From: a virus
Virus record (IMG/VR): IMGVR_UViG_3300032117_000015
Coordinates: 18,149 to 82,148 of that record
Strand: one strand, 5' to 3'
DNA: 64,000 nt
Below the pieces are notes generated by a model that had not been told where the DNA came from, made no database searches, and saw only the letters and a list, made by a program, of their open reading frames with translations. The translations under genes and the position numbers were made by a program. Shown here in pieces: positions 32,201 to 41,575 of the stretch. Numbering within the stretch: position 1 is the stretch's first letter; each line of letters starts with the position of its first letter.

Positions 32201-35200
32201 CTACGCAATAGTGGTTGATAATTGTCGATAGCAGGGAATGGATTTGAATTATATCCCAAAGGCTTAACGTAGATATCATTAGGTGTGTATTGATTGATAA
32301 ATGAATTTATATTGTTGTTAATATTATTTGTTAACAAGAATCCTTGAGGATTGTTTCTAAATTTACTTTGATCTAACACAACTTCAATATCTTCAAATGC
32401 GTTGCTCGCACCGTATCGACCAGTACGTAATGCCCACTCTTCATAGAATATTAAACTTTCAGCTTTGTCTTCGCTCAACACACCAAACAAATGATTCAAT
32501 ACATTTTGAGTTCCTTTTTCACGAATCATCCCTTGATAGAATTTAAATTCGCTTACTGGATCTTGAATAATATTATCTAAGTATTGACGTGTTTGATATC
32601 CAATTAAATGCTGTGCAAATTTTTGTTGTTGACTACTAAAATTATCAACATTTAAACTATAAAAATCTACAAACTGTGTTGCAAGGTTAGTCCAGTTTGG
32701 CAATAATTTTGCAGATGGCTGAGATGATAAACGTGCCCAACTAGATGGAACAAATGTCGATGTACCTGCGGTAAATGCGTTTGCGCTATAATAAGATCCT
32801 TGATAGGCAACAATATCTGCCATATTATAATCTTGCCAAGGTTGCCAGTTCTCAACAGTTGCTCCGTCAAAAACAAACCCTGGAATATCCAAGCCGCCGT
32901 ACCATCCAGTTGTAACATATCCAGACAATTTAATTCGATCTCTACGATATCCACTTGGAGGATTATAAATTACATCATTAAAGATATCAACATTGTCAAT
33001 AATAACTACATGTTCGTTTTGAATCAAGTAGAAACTTGCACAATAAATGCCGTCAGCAGTTCTTGGTGTATATGTAACAACATTGCCGTCTCTGTAGCTG
33101 TCTAGCTCTGTTGTTTTAAATGGTGTGCCGTCAACTTTAAAAATTTCGTAACTATTAAATGGGTTTGATATACTGTCGACAACAGTTAACTCTGTTGTAA
33201 ATGTAACCCCGCTAGCACCTGGACTTAGGCTTATCGCACTACTTCCAATGTTTGATAATCCTGGAAGTAATAACCATACATTAGTATCAAAAATAGGCGA
33301 TGCCGGAATATTGTATTGAGCACTATAATAATCGCCTTCGTACTTAACAACCGTGCCATAGCTATAAACTTGGTTTGGTAACCAATCTGCCCATTTTTCT
33401 TCTCCATTAGACCAATTTTGTGTGGTCCAAAACATAAATTCTTTAACACTAGTTGACCAATTTGTTACTGCATTTAAGTTATTATTAAAATTATTAAACT
33501 GGAATCCGTTGTCAATTAGATACTGTTCGTATCCTAACATAAAATCCACAACTTCTTGGATTGTAGATAACTGTGTGCCGTATGGTAATGTCAACAGAGC
33601 CGATTTGTCCCATGCTTCTCTGAAGGTTGCATTGACACCTCCAACTATCGGTAATGTATCTAAAGGAGAAAAATAGTCAGAATTAAAACTAATTCCAGCA
33701 GTTGAATTTACTTTGGCTCGATAATATGTTATTCCATATTTTACAATTTGCCCTGCCACATAAGACTGTCCTTGTGTCCATTGTGAAAAACTTTCTGAAA
33801 TTCCTCCAACATTTATACTAATACCAGATTGCAAATAATTATAATAATTAAAATATGGTTGAGTTTTACTATACCCTTTAATTTCATAACCTGTAGATAA
33901 TTTTGTAATAATTATTCCACTATAAGTTAATTTTTTAACAGGACTAGATGTGTTTAAAAATACTTTATAACTTTCATTTGGGATGAAAACACTACCTGTT
34001 GAAAGAGGTGTTTTGCTTTCAAGTAATAATTTAAATTGATCTTGATTAGTAAATGCACCAACTCTATAACTTAATTTAGGAACTAGATTAGACAAGTTAG
34101 ATTTATAAGAATTATAAGAATCTTGGTTATTACTAAAAATAATATTTAAAATTAAATCAACTACATAGTTAACAATACCTGCTGTTTGTGTTCTAGATGT
34201 ACTAGAATAGATACTAGGAATCTGTATATCAGCTGGTCTGATACGTAATCCGGTGTCTTTATAAACAAATTGGCCAGCAACGTTTCTTTCAACTCTCGAT
34301 CTGTCTAGTAATAATCCAAATGTTTTTGCAGGTGTTAATAACATCGATGTTACTATTACACTAAACGGATAATAACTGCTACGTCTCCAAGCAGATTCAA
34401 CTGGGCTAATATCGCCAAATACAAATGCATTATTCGTACTGTAATTAATTGGACCTGTTGCTAATCCAGAAACGATTGGGCTTACTAAATTACCAAATTC
34501 ATCTACTGGAATGTGCTGTGTTAAGAAAGGACGAACATAGTTAGACAATTTAACTGCGGGTAATCCTGGTTGTTTAACTAGTCCAGCGGCAAGGTCTTGC
34601 CACATAACTAAATTATTGCTTGTATAAGGTGCAGGTCCGTACACACTAGTCCACCAGCTCGGTTGTTGACTAAATCCTAACATTTCCCAAGGACAAAGGT
34701 GTGGTCTGTCTGTATCAAGCATCCAGCGATATATTCCTCTCCAGAATGCAGGAACTGAATTGTTGTCGGGCGAGACACTTTCTTTATAGTTAAAAGTAAA
34801 TGAATTACTCTTATCGTAACTTAACGGTTGAGTAAAGTCGATACCAACTAAACCACTCCATTGGTAAAATGACGGTGCAAGTACTTCATTAAATTCTGAT
34901 AAACTGTAGTCATTGGTTCGATTGTAACCAGGAATAATGTCTGCTATATCAAAAATTGTAGTATCATATTTTACTTTAATATTATTAAAAATTCTTGTTT
35001 CTAATTCTAATATTAACGCATCTCTGTAATCGCCGTATGCTAACAAAATACTTCCGTCGTGTCCTTGAATCACATTCTGTGGTGTGATTAAAGTTGTATC
35101 TAGATACAGTTGTGGAATAAATGCTGGCCACATACCTAATTTAGAAGGTGTTGCTGGAATAAAGCACCCGTCTGTTGAATCATATTCAACAGTTGTAATT

Positions 35201-38061
35201 GTATCACCGTTAATTAATGTTACATTATTAGCGATAACAATAAAACTTTGACTGTTAAATGTATAATCTCTTCCGTAAACTAATTGAGTTTTAATATTAT
35301 TAGAAGTACGATAAACTCCTACCGCTTTATTAGATAATGTATCTAATGTAAACACATTTGATAGAGGATATGTTTTTACTCTATAATCGACTACAGTAAG
35401 ATTAGTAATTGTAGATGCACCATACGGAACCATATCACTAAAATAATATGGTGCGGTATTAGGTTTATTTGCATTAAGTTTTTGTAAGATTAAATCAACT
35501 ATAGTGACTGGGTCTCCATCGATTCCTAATGTTTCAGCTGTTTTTATAAAATTTCTTTTGAAACTATTATAGTCATCTTTTGCAGTTTCAATAGCATTAA
35601 TAATATTATTCGATTGATTTGTAATATGATATAAACTTAAACTTATTGGACCACTGTGTTGTACAAATTTTGTGCCGTATTGAGTTATATTTCCAAGATC
35701 TCGTAAATTGCTATCTCCTGGAAAAATTCCAACAAATCCTGATGGCAAATTATCAATAATACTATTAACGTGATCTGCTACTTCGCCTAACGTAAATGTT
35801 CCAATGACATCATTCATTGGATTGTTTTGAAGATTCAATGGAATTTCATAATAACCGTTACTATTAATAGCCTGTGAAGCAAAAGCACGAATAGTTAATA
35901 CATCGCCAGTGCCTATGCTAGTATTCAATACTATTTGTTTGTATTGCGGTGTTGATATGATAGTCCACAAAGTTGAATCTAATCTAGAACTATTAACATA
36001 AACTTTTACAACTAAATCTGCTAAATTATTAATGTCATCAAAAATATCAATATTAAAATTATTTGTTTGTGTTGATCCATCATAGATTCTAATAGCGGCT
36101 TGTACTATTGATGTATTACAAATTTGCCATCCATTTACATAACTAGACACTCCAACAAAATTATTTTTTAACAAATAACCGGTGTTAATACCTTGATTAA
36201 TAACCGCCGTTGTTTCTTTATAATTAAAAGTGTCCGATGCTAAATCAAAACTAAACACAATGTCGCCAATATTTGCAACATTTAGATAACTTAGAGGAAA
36301 TCCTAAACTGGAGTCATCGTTACCTGTGCCAACTTTATAGGAAAATATTTTTGTTCCTATAAAACTTGAACCGTTATACTTACTTGTATCTCCAAAGCTG
36401 ATTCCTTCACTATCAAATATATCAAATAAAGGAGGCTGGTTTGTAGCTGTTTTTTGTTGCCCGGCAATCCAAGTTGTACCGTCATACCAGTATAACTGAC
36501 TTTGATTTTTTATACCTTGAAGAACTAACACTATCTGATTTTCAATCGGTGTATGTACTTGGGTCAAGTGTATTTGATTGCGTCCTTGAATGTTTATAAA
36601 ACTGACTTCGTAGATATTGTTTTTAACTAAAGGATCATAGTCATTAGTGAAAAGAATACGCTGTCCTGCTGATACAGGAATTCCATCGATATTATACCCA
36701 AGCGTTCCTTCAATTGAAGAAAATACATCAGTAGTAAATGTATCTACCAAATCAATGTCTTGTATTGCAGTTGTACCTAAATTAAATAATTTAAGTCCTG
36801 CTTCAAATTCAATAATAGGTCTTATAGCTCTTGTTGTTTGATCCAAACTTGGAGTGTCACCATTATATGTTATACTAGTTTCGATAACATCCTTATGGAA
36901 CCAACGATTATAACGACTCCAAGGGTTATGGTCAGTGCTTGCTCTATTAATTACAATATAATCTTTATTACTTGCAAATCCAGTTGAGTCGTCGAATGGT
37001 GTGGAATCGAATGGATCAGCTCCAAATTCGACTGCCTCGTTAGAAGAATAAGGGCTTACGATTTCTAAAATAGATTCTGAAATTAATTTAATTGCTGTGC
37101 CGACACCTTCAACATAATAGTGTCCTGTAGCATAACTAGAAGGTATTACATTACCTCCAAAATTAATTTTCATGCCGTTGCTTAGTGCTGTACCGTCGGG
37201 CAAAATATAAACTTGTTTTCCAATAATATCATTTTCGACATCAAGTGTTGTTTCGTCTACAATGTCATAAATTTCAATTGCGCCGCCTACATTAATATCT
37301 GTTTCGCTTTGGTAAAATAATAAACTAGGTGCATCGATTGGAACTTCAAATGTTATTGTCCCGCTTTCTACACTATGAGCACTTACATTTTTTGTATATA
37401 GATACGCAGTTCCTAAACTACGTTCAGTCATAAAGCTGAACGGATTTCCTAAACTAGTAATATTAAAATTATAAGTTTGTCCTCTATATAATTTTAAGGT
37501 AGGATTCAAAGTTAATCCGTCTGGGGTAAACAAATATTCATTAGTGTCCCCTTCTGACTGTAGCTGAACATTATATGTACTATTTGCACCTGTAGGTTGT
37601 CCGTAGATTGTAATAACTGTTGGACCGTTTGGTAACCAATAGTAATCTTGGAAATTAATAAACTTATCCCAGTCAATATGTGGATCCCAACTATAAAATT
37701 CTTGTTTGTTTAGTCTTGCATGATTACTTGTATTTGCACCGAATACATTTAATTGATTAATATAATCTTGATAGTCTTTAAAAAATGTTGTGTTTCCTAA
37801 AGTATCTGTAACTGTCAACCCCGGCTCTAACTGATAATTTTGGCGAATATTATTAGCGGCTTGAACATATACATCTGTTCCGGTAGCGGCTTTTGCATTT
37901 TTACGACCAATAAATCCACTAGTTTTAGTAATTGTTCCTGGCTGATATAATTGATCAATTGTTGCTTGCAAAAACTTTTTGTTTGCACTTGACTGATAAA
38001 AATCAGGAAGAAAATTAACACCTAATCCAGTGTTGCCGGTTGGAATGTTGTCATTAGTCAT
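23224..38061 (-). CDS. giant (4945 aa) baseplate wedge/adhesin-like virion protein
   Basis: Uninterrupted 14.8-kb ORF coupled to the gp6-like gene. Contains four CBM5/12-like repeats and FG-GAP-like repeats. Confidence 0.8.
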   Translation of the reverse strand: MTNDNIPTGNTGLGVNFLPDFYQSSANKKFLQATIDQLYQPGTITKTSGFIGRKNAKAATGTDVYVQAANNIRQNYQLEPGLTVTDTLGNTTFFKDYQDYINQLNVFGANTSNHARLNKQEFYSWDPHIDWDKFINFQDYYWLPNGPTVITIYGQPTGANSTYNVQLQSEGDTNEYLFTPDGLTLNPTLKLYRGQTYNFNITSLGNPFSFMTERSLGTAYLYTKNVSAHSVESGTITFEVPIDAPSLLFYQSETDINVGGAIEIYDIVDETTLDVENDIIGKQVYILPDGTALSNGMKINFGGNVIPSSYATGHYYVEGVGTAIKLISESILEIVSPYSSNEAVEFGADPFDSTPFDDSTGFASNKDYIVINRASTDHNPWSRYNRWFHKDVIETSITYNGDTPSLDQTTRAIRPIIEFEAGLKLFNLGTTAIQDIDLVDTFTTDVFSSIEGTLGYNIDGIPVSAGQRILFTNDYDPLVKNNIYEVSFINIQGRNQIHLTQVHTPIENQIVLVLQGIKNQSQLYWYDGTTWIAGQQKTATNQPPLFDIFDSEGISFGDTSKYNGSSFIGTKIFSYKVGTGNDDSSLGFPLSYLNVANIGDIVFSFDLASDTFNYKETTAVINQGINTGYLLKNNFVGVSSYVNGWQICNTSIVQAAIRIYDGSTQTNNFNIDIFDDINNLADLVVKVYVNSSRLDSTLWTIISTPQYKQIVLNTSIGTGDVLTIRAFASQAINSNGYYEIPLNLQNNPMNDVIGTFTLGEVADHVNSIIDNLPSGFVGIFPGDSNLRDLGNITQYGTKFVQHSGPISLSLYHITNQSNNIINAIETAKDDYNSFKRNFIKTAETLGIDGDPVTIVDLILQKLNANKPNTAPYYFSDMVPYGASTITNLTVVDYRVKTYPLSNVFTLDTLSNKAVGVYRTSNNIKTQLVYGRDYTFNSQSFIVIANNVTLINGDTITTVEYDSTDGCFIPATPSKLGMWPAFIPQLYLDTTLITPQNVIQGHDGSILLAYGDYRDALILELETRIFNNIKVKYDTTIFDIADIIPGYNRTNDYSLSEFNEVLAPSFYQWSGLVGIDFTQPLSYDKSNSFTFNYKESVSPDNNSVPAFWRGIYRWMLDTDRPHLCPWEMLGFSQQPSWWTSVYGPAPYTSNNLVMWQDLAAGLVKQPGLPAVKLSNYVRPFLTQHIPVDEFGNLVSPIVSGLATGPINYSTNNAFVFGDISPVESAWRRSSYYPFSVIVTSMLLTPAKTFGLLLDRSRVERNVAGQFVYKDTGLRIRPADIQIPSIYSSTSRTQTAGIVNYVVDLILNIIFSNNQDSYNSYKSNLSNLVPKLSYRVGAFTNQDQFKLLLESKTPLSTGSVFIPNESYKVFLNTSSPVKKLTYSGIIITKLSTGYEIKGYSKTQPYFNYYNYLQSGISINVGGISESFSQWTQGQSYVAGQIVKYGITYYRAKVNSTAGISFNSDYFSPLDTLPIVGGVNATFREAWDKSALLTLPYGTQLSTIQEVVDFMLGYEQYLIDNGFQFNNFNNNLNAVTNWSTSVKEFMFWTTQNWSNGEEKWADWLPNQVYSYGTVVKYEGDYYSAQYNIPASPIFDTNVWLLLPGLSNIGSSAISLSPGASGVTFTTELTVVDSISNPFNSYEIFKVDGTPFKTTELDSYRDGNVVTYTPRTADGIYCASFYLIQNEHVVIIDNVDIFNDVIYNPPSGYRRDRIKLSGYVTTGWYGGLDIPGFVFDGATVENWQPWQDYNMADIVAYQGSYYSANAFTAGTSTFVPSSWARLSSQPSAKLLPNWTNLATQFVDFYSLNVDNFSSQQQKFAQHLIGYQTRQYLDNIIQDPVSEFKFYQGMIREKGTQNVLNHLFGVLSEDKAESLIFYEEWALRTGRYGASNAFEDIEVVLDQSKFRNNPQGFLLTNNINNNINSFINQYTPNDIYVKPLGYNSNPFPAIDNYQPLLRSAGYVNSADVAISIGQLSDIVTQDIGSLNNGQYVWTAFEGASWNIYRFSDLQIRASSVTYTNGVLTITTQNIDPLVVGQYIGLAEVAMLQGFYEVTSVSLNTFTVNASIQNFPVSFTEANQLVIYALVTRRTSSIDNLDQIPVSHIAPGELVWTDDDGTGNWATWEYSPVYNLSSIPNQTPTTSFQFGSTIGMNSQGSILAITSGSTGVVTTFDKAGILVPWVQRSTLDQPFITQHIPGQPSLYVKPTQIATVIGISTNGEWLATGHPAVSRVATNYVGAYNSGNTYVSGNIVSYNNVYYEALQTTSGTTPSSTTLAWQIIPYIPANEISGINSTIVGQGAISIYQKDLDNNYNLVDTIISPNPTTGENFGSSITFGNNTLYVGATGYNNGTGRVYKLSYKTIVMATTQYNPVGSSLNTLVVNSTSGIRAGMIVTGSGYTSNQTVDYVLTKLILVNANSLVNVVFSTVNVLDSMTVTGTNILPNTKIVSQGTEIVLVNGMQTVLSYFIIGSPQDIDASITQVVIDNNVNLTFGVSSVIKLNTILLDSPVDKNSLPSGQLQFIINTWAYDSTIDSSNTTNFGQYTKLSLDSSTLLISSSGKVNVYKDAGAGFVTSQVLTGSDSRFGNSIAVSSYGDYIAISDDTQGTPTKPKQGIVNVYGYSSNGYTLTQTLVNANPEVDALFGNKIEFMNDYQTIVVYSPNGDTTVTTTFDENLTTFDKKSTDFITKIVSSGRVDVYDRYNINWVFSESLKTSNSVGDGYGIGFAVGSNQVVVGAPTAFNQGTQSGQVYAYTKLNNNLTWTITRQQVDIPDVSKIRKAFLYNKSLGTLVTYLDVIDPLQGKIAGPAQEEIKYQTFYDPATYSYSDGTVTVNVAPSNGIEGWWSDQPLGRLWWDLRTAKFLNNYFDDPLYGTNTWNTLASGASIDVYEWVSYSQLPAVWDSLADTSTGLALGISGTSLYGNSAYSLTQVYDNVSKTFKNTYYFWVKNKKIIPNVDGRNMAANDVASLIANPRGQDYTCLALTGTNSFSLINASQYLNATDIVLAIEYWLIDKNDQNIHSQWKLISNDPAVDLPSGIEQKWFDSLCGIDTGGRPVPDPTLPVKLRYGIENRPRQSMFVNRIEALKEFIERVNIVLSTYQTTNSRDISPLETFDPAPTEISGLWDKSFDTDTELRFANVGSFSTPSLTPIITNGRITGINVISAGRGYAVAPYIEISGSGEAAIVRATINALGEITGANIINSGVGYNSSTTATVRGYSALIKSDSTSLGAWSIYAYDNTTATWSKTLTQSYNVNNYWSYADWFATGYNQYTAADYLVSTFADLNTIYPTIGQVVKIATVNAGGWLLLEKYANSTSIDWTQSYNVIGIQNGTIQFNSSLYEFSGTNVGYDSNTFDGGDFDVQASAELRIILNTIKNNLLIDDLKQNYLDLFFTSVRFAHSEQPFIDWIFKTSFVRATHTVGTLNQPVNYPVDNLNNFQDYVAEVKPYRTKVREYISNYTGLDTNESAVTDFDLQPTFVNGTSTAIDVIVANNQLESTSGLLQTYPWKFWTDNLGFSVTDIIITNGGSGYANIPEVIISTPTGINGITAEAVAYIANGKVNRVVILTNKNGSGYLSAPTIAFNGGLGDNGVPATAVAIIGDGIIRSNLTALKFDRINSGYYISNIKQTDTFTGSSSKVQFALTWAPDVRVGESTVTIDGIPVLRELYKMAIVKSTSNGYTQYSGTITFTDAPSTGSTIVVTYSKDVSIMGATDRIQYYYNPTTGQLGKDLSQLMTGVDYGGTIVSGLDFNIAGGWGSTPYMTDTWDSRDPTFNDYAVQVAANTHVFTLPYTPAAGTNINIYYVKQKTFSFTSDGSTVTYSFDQNLISPTVTVTTTALTAGVTTTYTSLNSSGFTVNVGSTLGIVPGMKLYGQGFLNRQQVVRIVNSTSIIIDSIPDNLSYYRSYNSSGSATTTLVISSTAKIIPGMLISGTGFTSGQTVVKVVDKTTLIISAIPDATPANGETITFTSIPANGKTITFSNIAGGYILTLNSVSNLKVGTVVSNSLVPAGAFTTGVTYTISSIGTTDFTLIGALSNEAGITFIATGPGTGTGTAATASAFSYDTKITAIDTTHNTVTLDQVLLLNIVNSTQITFTENLTELKDVVIVPGSISLSTPYASGSLINVTGTYNPIRLDDPNFGTMSQTNANAIIPTPVIGNTLTTTSVGGGGALITVSFGAVDDGGSASSTPVSTLDGMIIDQLVSNTIEIPASFVVGAGDQFILRESTSDGSVPTPDANYDTKLDGGNLAYTTATGIAADDIVLDGDGLITPTNSPAPEEVVPGQVVDTLAIKVYDQTNSGSANIKDISYLTDDTTYTYAIGQTPNNPRAIIVKLGSNILTYNSDYVVNYQTATIELVSTVNNQLVATAPTANQLLSIYSIGFSGSNVLDIDYFIGDGTTVDFVTRASWTNSATSLVYVNGVATQVVLFKTDSTYSIEGQTGIQFATAPAVGALINYIIVSGLQQTFAVTTTQTIAPIANTSTYTLSYPIGNNLPNESNMIVRVGQSILQAPNNSYFTIKGNRLNYSIDPSKATPNSVPVGNVVVYAGNNLLNPASDYTVDPSGINVKINRNIYSQYSGQQLIVSIVTNNGYSYNASSGQITFTTVPTGTVEVISSYVQDVLDIQRTTVQYSSNYSITPGTTQFYTYKNIAGGIINLDRAVIDSNYVWVIKNTTLLTSSIDYVLNSDLQSITLGIKLVAGDTITLITFGSNLLSTSSISYMQFKDMLNRVSYKRLNLNKQVKLAQDLNWNDTTIVVTDASQLDAPNPAGNKPGIVEIRGERIEYFTISGNILGQLRRGTLGTGVYNLNKAGTIVQGIGPSETIPYNDTILTKKITSLGTTSVNVGYTISSADQVEVFVGGQNDMVRLKKSAYSVFDINKAPYSPAGDVSYPADFTVNNTSTITLANAPLFGTEVTVVKKTGIPWDGKQYTGDVSVIYDSSTVANFIKAAPGVWYTGFKS

Positions 38062-41000
38062 TAACTATTTGCCCCATAATTTGCACTTGTTACTTGTTGT
38101 AAGTTTGCTGTTGATGTCAAAGCTGTACCTGTTACTGTTTTAAGATTGCTAGATGTTAGCCCAGAAACAACTTGAATATTATCAGTTGTTGCACAACTTA
38201 AAAATATACTGTCGCTCGGGCATTGTATTTCAAATAAACTTCCAAAATATTGTCCTGTTTGTGATGGCACAATAACAAAACTAATAATATCTGGACTTAA
38301 CTGAGTCATTACATAAGTTGATAATTCTGTAAAATAAAATGTATCGCCAAAATCCCAGTTTGCTAGAGCAAAGAATTGATTAATTGCAGTTAGTACTCTT
38401 GCCGTTACGTTGGCACTAGATACTGCTGATGATGGATTAATCATAACATCAAATGTTGCTTGTAGACTTGCATCAGCCGCTGGGCCAAACAATAATGTAT
38501 ATTTCACTGGGTGATAAACAATCTCATCTGAAATAGATTTAATTAGATTTAGATTTGGTGCTAACAAACTATTAAGACTATCCTGGCTTGGCGGTAATGG
38601 TTCTGTTCCTACTGTGCCGCCAGCTACCCATTGTCTAAATGCAGTATCGTAACTATTAGTCAATACATACAAATCAATAATATTGCTTGCGCCTGGATCG
38701 ATTCTGGAATTGTAATCGGCGCTATGTGTGTATTGGAATCGAAGACCACTTCGCCCTACATACACTTTATAATCTAAAGTTGGCTGTAATTTTTCAACAG
38801 CGTTATTTGAAGAATACTGAACAACAGTTTGTGTATCTGCAAAATAAAAATATTGTCCGTCGGTCCATTGAGATAATGGATATGCTAAAGACTTTGTTGC
38901 TAAGATAATTACTGGGCCGCTTTGTGGATCGTTGTAAACATACTTGTAATCTTCTTGACCAGTCGTAATTGTATATTTTTGTTCAACAATATATTGTGTT
39001 AAAGATCCAGGTTGCGGATTAACAATATCTAAAAATTCTTGAGGATTATCTACGACACCATTGTTTAAAGGATCTGCAAAAGTAATAACAATTTTCTTAG
39101 GATCAATATATCCATCTTGTCCAATGTACTCACTAACTATTTGCCATTGATAATCTGTTGTAAACGGTGTTGAACTACCAGGTTGCGTATTAATGTTTAA
39201 TACTTTAATTACGTCTGTTACTGTTGTACTTGATACAACATCGTAAATTTTAACAGTATCGTCAAAATAGAATGATACTTCTGAATCGCTTTCAAATACA
39301 TATCGAAGAGAGCGTTGTGTAATAGTATAGTTTTCTCTGTTAGTTGTAAACAATAAGAACCAGCTTGCATCTAATTGTGTATTAGAAGTATCGCCTTGGT
39401 TTGCTAAACTGAAATCACTAGATGAATTTAAATTGTTTTCGTAAACAATTTGCCAAGTTTGTGTCACTCCGTCATAACGCAAACCAAAAGAAGCATTACC
39501 GAAGATTAAATCAATCATTTGTGTTTGCACACTTGAACTTAATGTTGTAGAAAATGCAGGAATAATCTGTGCTAAAACTGCTTTATTTGGAATTGACTTA
39601 CTTAATGTAATTGGGCCAAACCCTGTAGATAATAATTTACTAGTACCATCTCCTGTTAAAGAAATAACACTAGCCCATACATAACTTACTCCGCCTTCAG
39701 GCAAAGTTGTTCCTGCTGTAAGAGCATTATTTTTATAAGTGTTAAAATAATAACCGGTTGGAGCAATGAATTTAACTAATGCACCAGGACCAACATATTG
39801 TAAATCTGTAGAAGTATTTCCAGATCCTACTATAAGTGCAGAAGTATCCGATGCTCCTATGTAGCCAGATGAACTATTACTATCATTTGTTTGTGCATAC
39901 CAAATTGCATTGATATTTGTATTAACATAATCAATAAAATTAGAATAGAAAAAGTTTCTAAGGTTTGGATCTTCAAGTATTGGTAAAACTACATTATCTA
40001 TTACTCCTTGAATATCTGTTTGAGTAACATAGGTAAATGTAGTACCTGCGGTATATGTTTGTTGATATACAATACCGTCATCGGCAAATAAATTAGTTGA
40101 ACTATACTTGCCTGTTGGGTCTGTTAAATCAAAGTAGCGACTAATACCGCTACTTGTTCTATTAATTGATTTTACTTTTGCAACTTGTAAACTTGCCGAT
40201 AGTGGACTAATATTGTAATCTTCTCCAGTAATCATACGATTTTGCGTGTAGTATGTTTGAGGAGCATTTTGTTTAATACTTGCATTAGTTTCGGTTTGTG
40301 TTGCATTAACAACAGATGATGCCAGTCCTAATGTTATTGTTAGTGTTTCTGGTGCATTAGCAGAAGAAATGTATGGAATAGAAATTGAAATATTATTAAT
40401 GTCTGTTGGGTTAACAGTATATGATAAGTTATTACTAACACGATAGTATACTTTAAAATTTCCAAGTGGTAACTGACCGAATACACCGTCTGCAAAATTC
40501 AAAGTAATAGCATCATTAGTCTGTGTAGTAACGCTATAAATTGTTGTAATTTTTTGATTTAAACTATTATAGATAACATTATTTCCAGTAGTAGCCGGTA
40601 CTTGAGTCCACAACACACTTTCGTTTCCTGCAGAATCTAGTTGCCATAACCATACATCTGTATTGTTAATATTTTGTGTGTTAATGTTTATTTGTTCGTT
40701 ACTACTAGGATTTGTAATTGTAAATGTAGCAGTATTCAATGTACCTTGTGTAAAGTAAAAGAAAAACCCTGTGCCTGGGCTACCTGCACCATACCCATCA
40801 TCAGTGTACACACATGCGATTTGATTTCCAGTTTTTGGAGTTTCTTCGTAAATGAATGTATTGTTTGCAAATGTTGTGCTACCAACTTCAAAATTCATCG
40901 AACGACCAGCTACAACAGAACTAAAATCATAGACAGATAGTCCTTCATTAATAGTATTAAATCTGTATTGTGCTGTTGGAATATTATAAATTGTTGCTTT

Positions 41001-41525
41001 GTCGGCAGGATTTCCAAATTTTTGTGTCTGTGGAAAAGACGCATTTAGAATTTTGATAAATTGATCATACCAATTGCTGTTGCTTGCATCGTTCCAAGTA
41101 ACAATTTGACCCGATAAGTTTCTGTTATTACTATCAATAACATCTTCTGTTGTTGTGATATTTGCAATTTTTAATAAACCACTTGCACTTATACTTCTAC
41201 TTGGAACATAACTTACCAACTGAGCAAGGTTTAATAAACTTTGTCTACGCTCTGCTGTTTCAATAAAATTTTCACGGGCGTTTAAATCAACACGGAACGC
41301 AATGCTTTGTCCGACAAATGCAATAAGGTCGATTAATGCTAGATACTCGCTTGATTCAATATAATCGTTAAAATCTTCTGGAAAATTTGTACGAATATAA
41401 TCAATCATTGTACGACGCAGATTGTTAAAATCATAACTTTGAAAGTCTGCGTTGGTGAATGTTTGATAAATTTTCTTCCAATCTTCAGAAAGTAAAAGAT
41501 TATTTTGTCTAGTAGTTGAACCCAT
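38061..41525 (-). CDS. baseplate wedge subunit (T4 gp6-like)
   Basis: DFNNLRRTMIDY...ESSEYLALID...ENFIETAERRQS, FADGVFG, and SIKQNAPQTYYTQNRMITGEDY. Confidence 0.85.
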   Translation of the reverse strand: MGSTTRQNNLLLSEDWKKIYQTFTNADFQSYDFNNLRRTMIDYIRTNFPEDFNDYIESSEYLALIDLIAFVGQSIAFRVDLNARENFIETAERRQSLLNLAQLVSYVPSRSISASGLLKIANITTTEDVIDSNNRNLSGQIVTWNDASNSNWYDQFIKILNASFPQTQKFGNPADKATIYNIPTAQYRFNTINEGLSVYDFSSVVAGRSMNFEVGSTTFANNTFIYEETPKTGNQIACVYTDDGYGAGSPGTGFFFYFTQGTLNTATFTITNPSSNEQININTQNINNTDVWLWQLDSAGNESVLWTQVPATTGNNVIYNSLNQKITTIYSVTTQTNDAITLNFADGVFGQLPLGNFKVYYRVSNNLSYTVNPTDINNISISIPYISSANAPETLTITLGLASSVVNATQTETNASIKQNAPQTYYTQNRMITGEDYNISPLSASLQVAKVKSINRTSSGISRYFDLTDPTGKYSSTNLFADDGIVYQQTYTAGTTFTYVTQTDIQGVIDNVVLPILEDPNLRNFFYSNFIDYVNTNINAIWYAQTNDSNSSSGYIGASDTSALIVGSGNTSTDLQYVGPGALVKFIAPTGYYFNTYKNNALTAGTTLPEGGVSYVWASVISLTGDGTSKLLSTGFGPITLSKSIPNKAVLAQIIPAFSTTLSSSVQTQMIDLIFGNASFGLRYDGVTQTWQIVYENNLNSSSDFSLANQGDTSNTQLDASWFLLFTTNRENYTITQRSLRYVFESDSEVSFYFDDTVKIYDVVSSTTVTDVIKVLNINTQPGSSTPFTTDYQWQIVSEYIGQDGYIDPKKIVITFADPLNNGVVDNPQEFLDIVNPQPGSLTQYIVEQKYTITTGQEDYKYVYNDPQSGPVIILATKSLAYPLSQWTDGQYFYFADTQTVVQYSSNNAVEKLQPTLDYKVYVGRSGLRFQYTHSADYNSRIDPGASNIIDLYVLTNSYDTAFRQWVAGGTVGTEPLPPSQDSLNSLLAPNLNLIKSISDEIVYHPVKYTLLFGPAADASLQATFDVMINPSSAVSSANVTARVLTAINQFFALANWDFGDTFYFTELSTYVMTQLSPDIISFVIVPSQTGQYFGSLFEIQCPSDSIFLSCATTDNIQVVSGLTSSNLKTVTGTALTSTANLQQVTSANYGANS

Positions 41526-41543
41526 GATTTATCCTAATAATGG

Positions 41544-41551
41544 TATTTATC
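41544..41551 (-). promoter_or_regulatory. late promoter GATAAATA
   Basis: Intergenic motif upstream of the gp6-like gene. Confidence 0.65.
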
Positions 41552-41575
41552 GAATAAAATTAAGTACGTAGTTAA

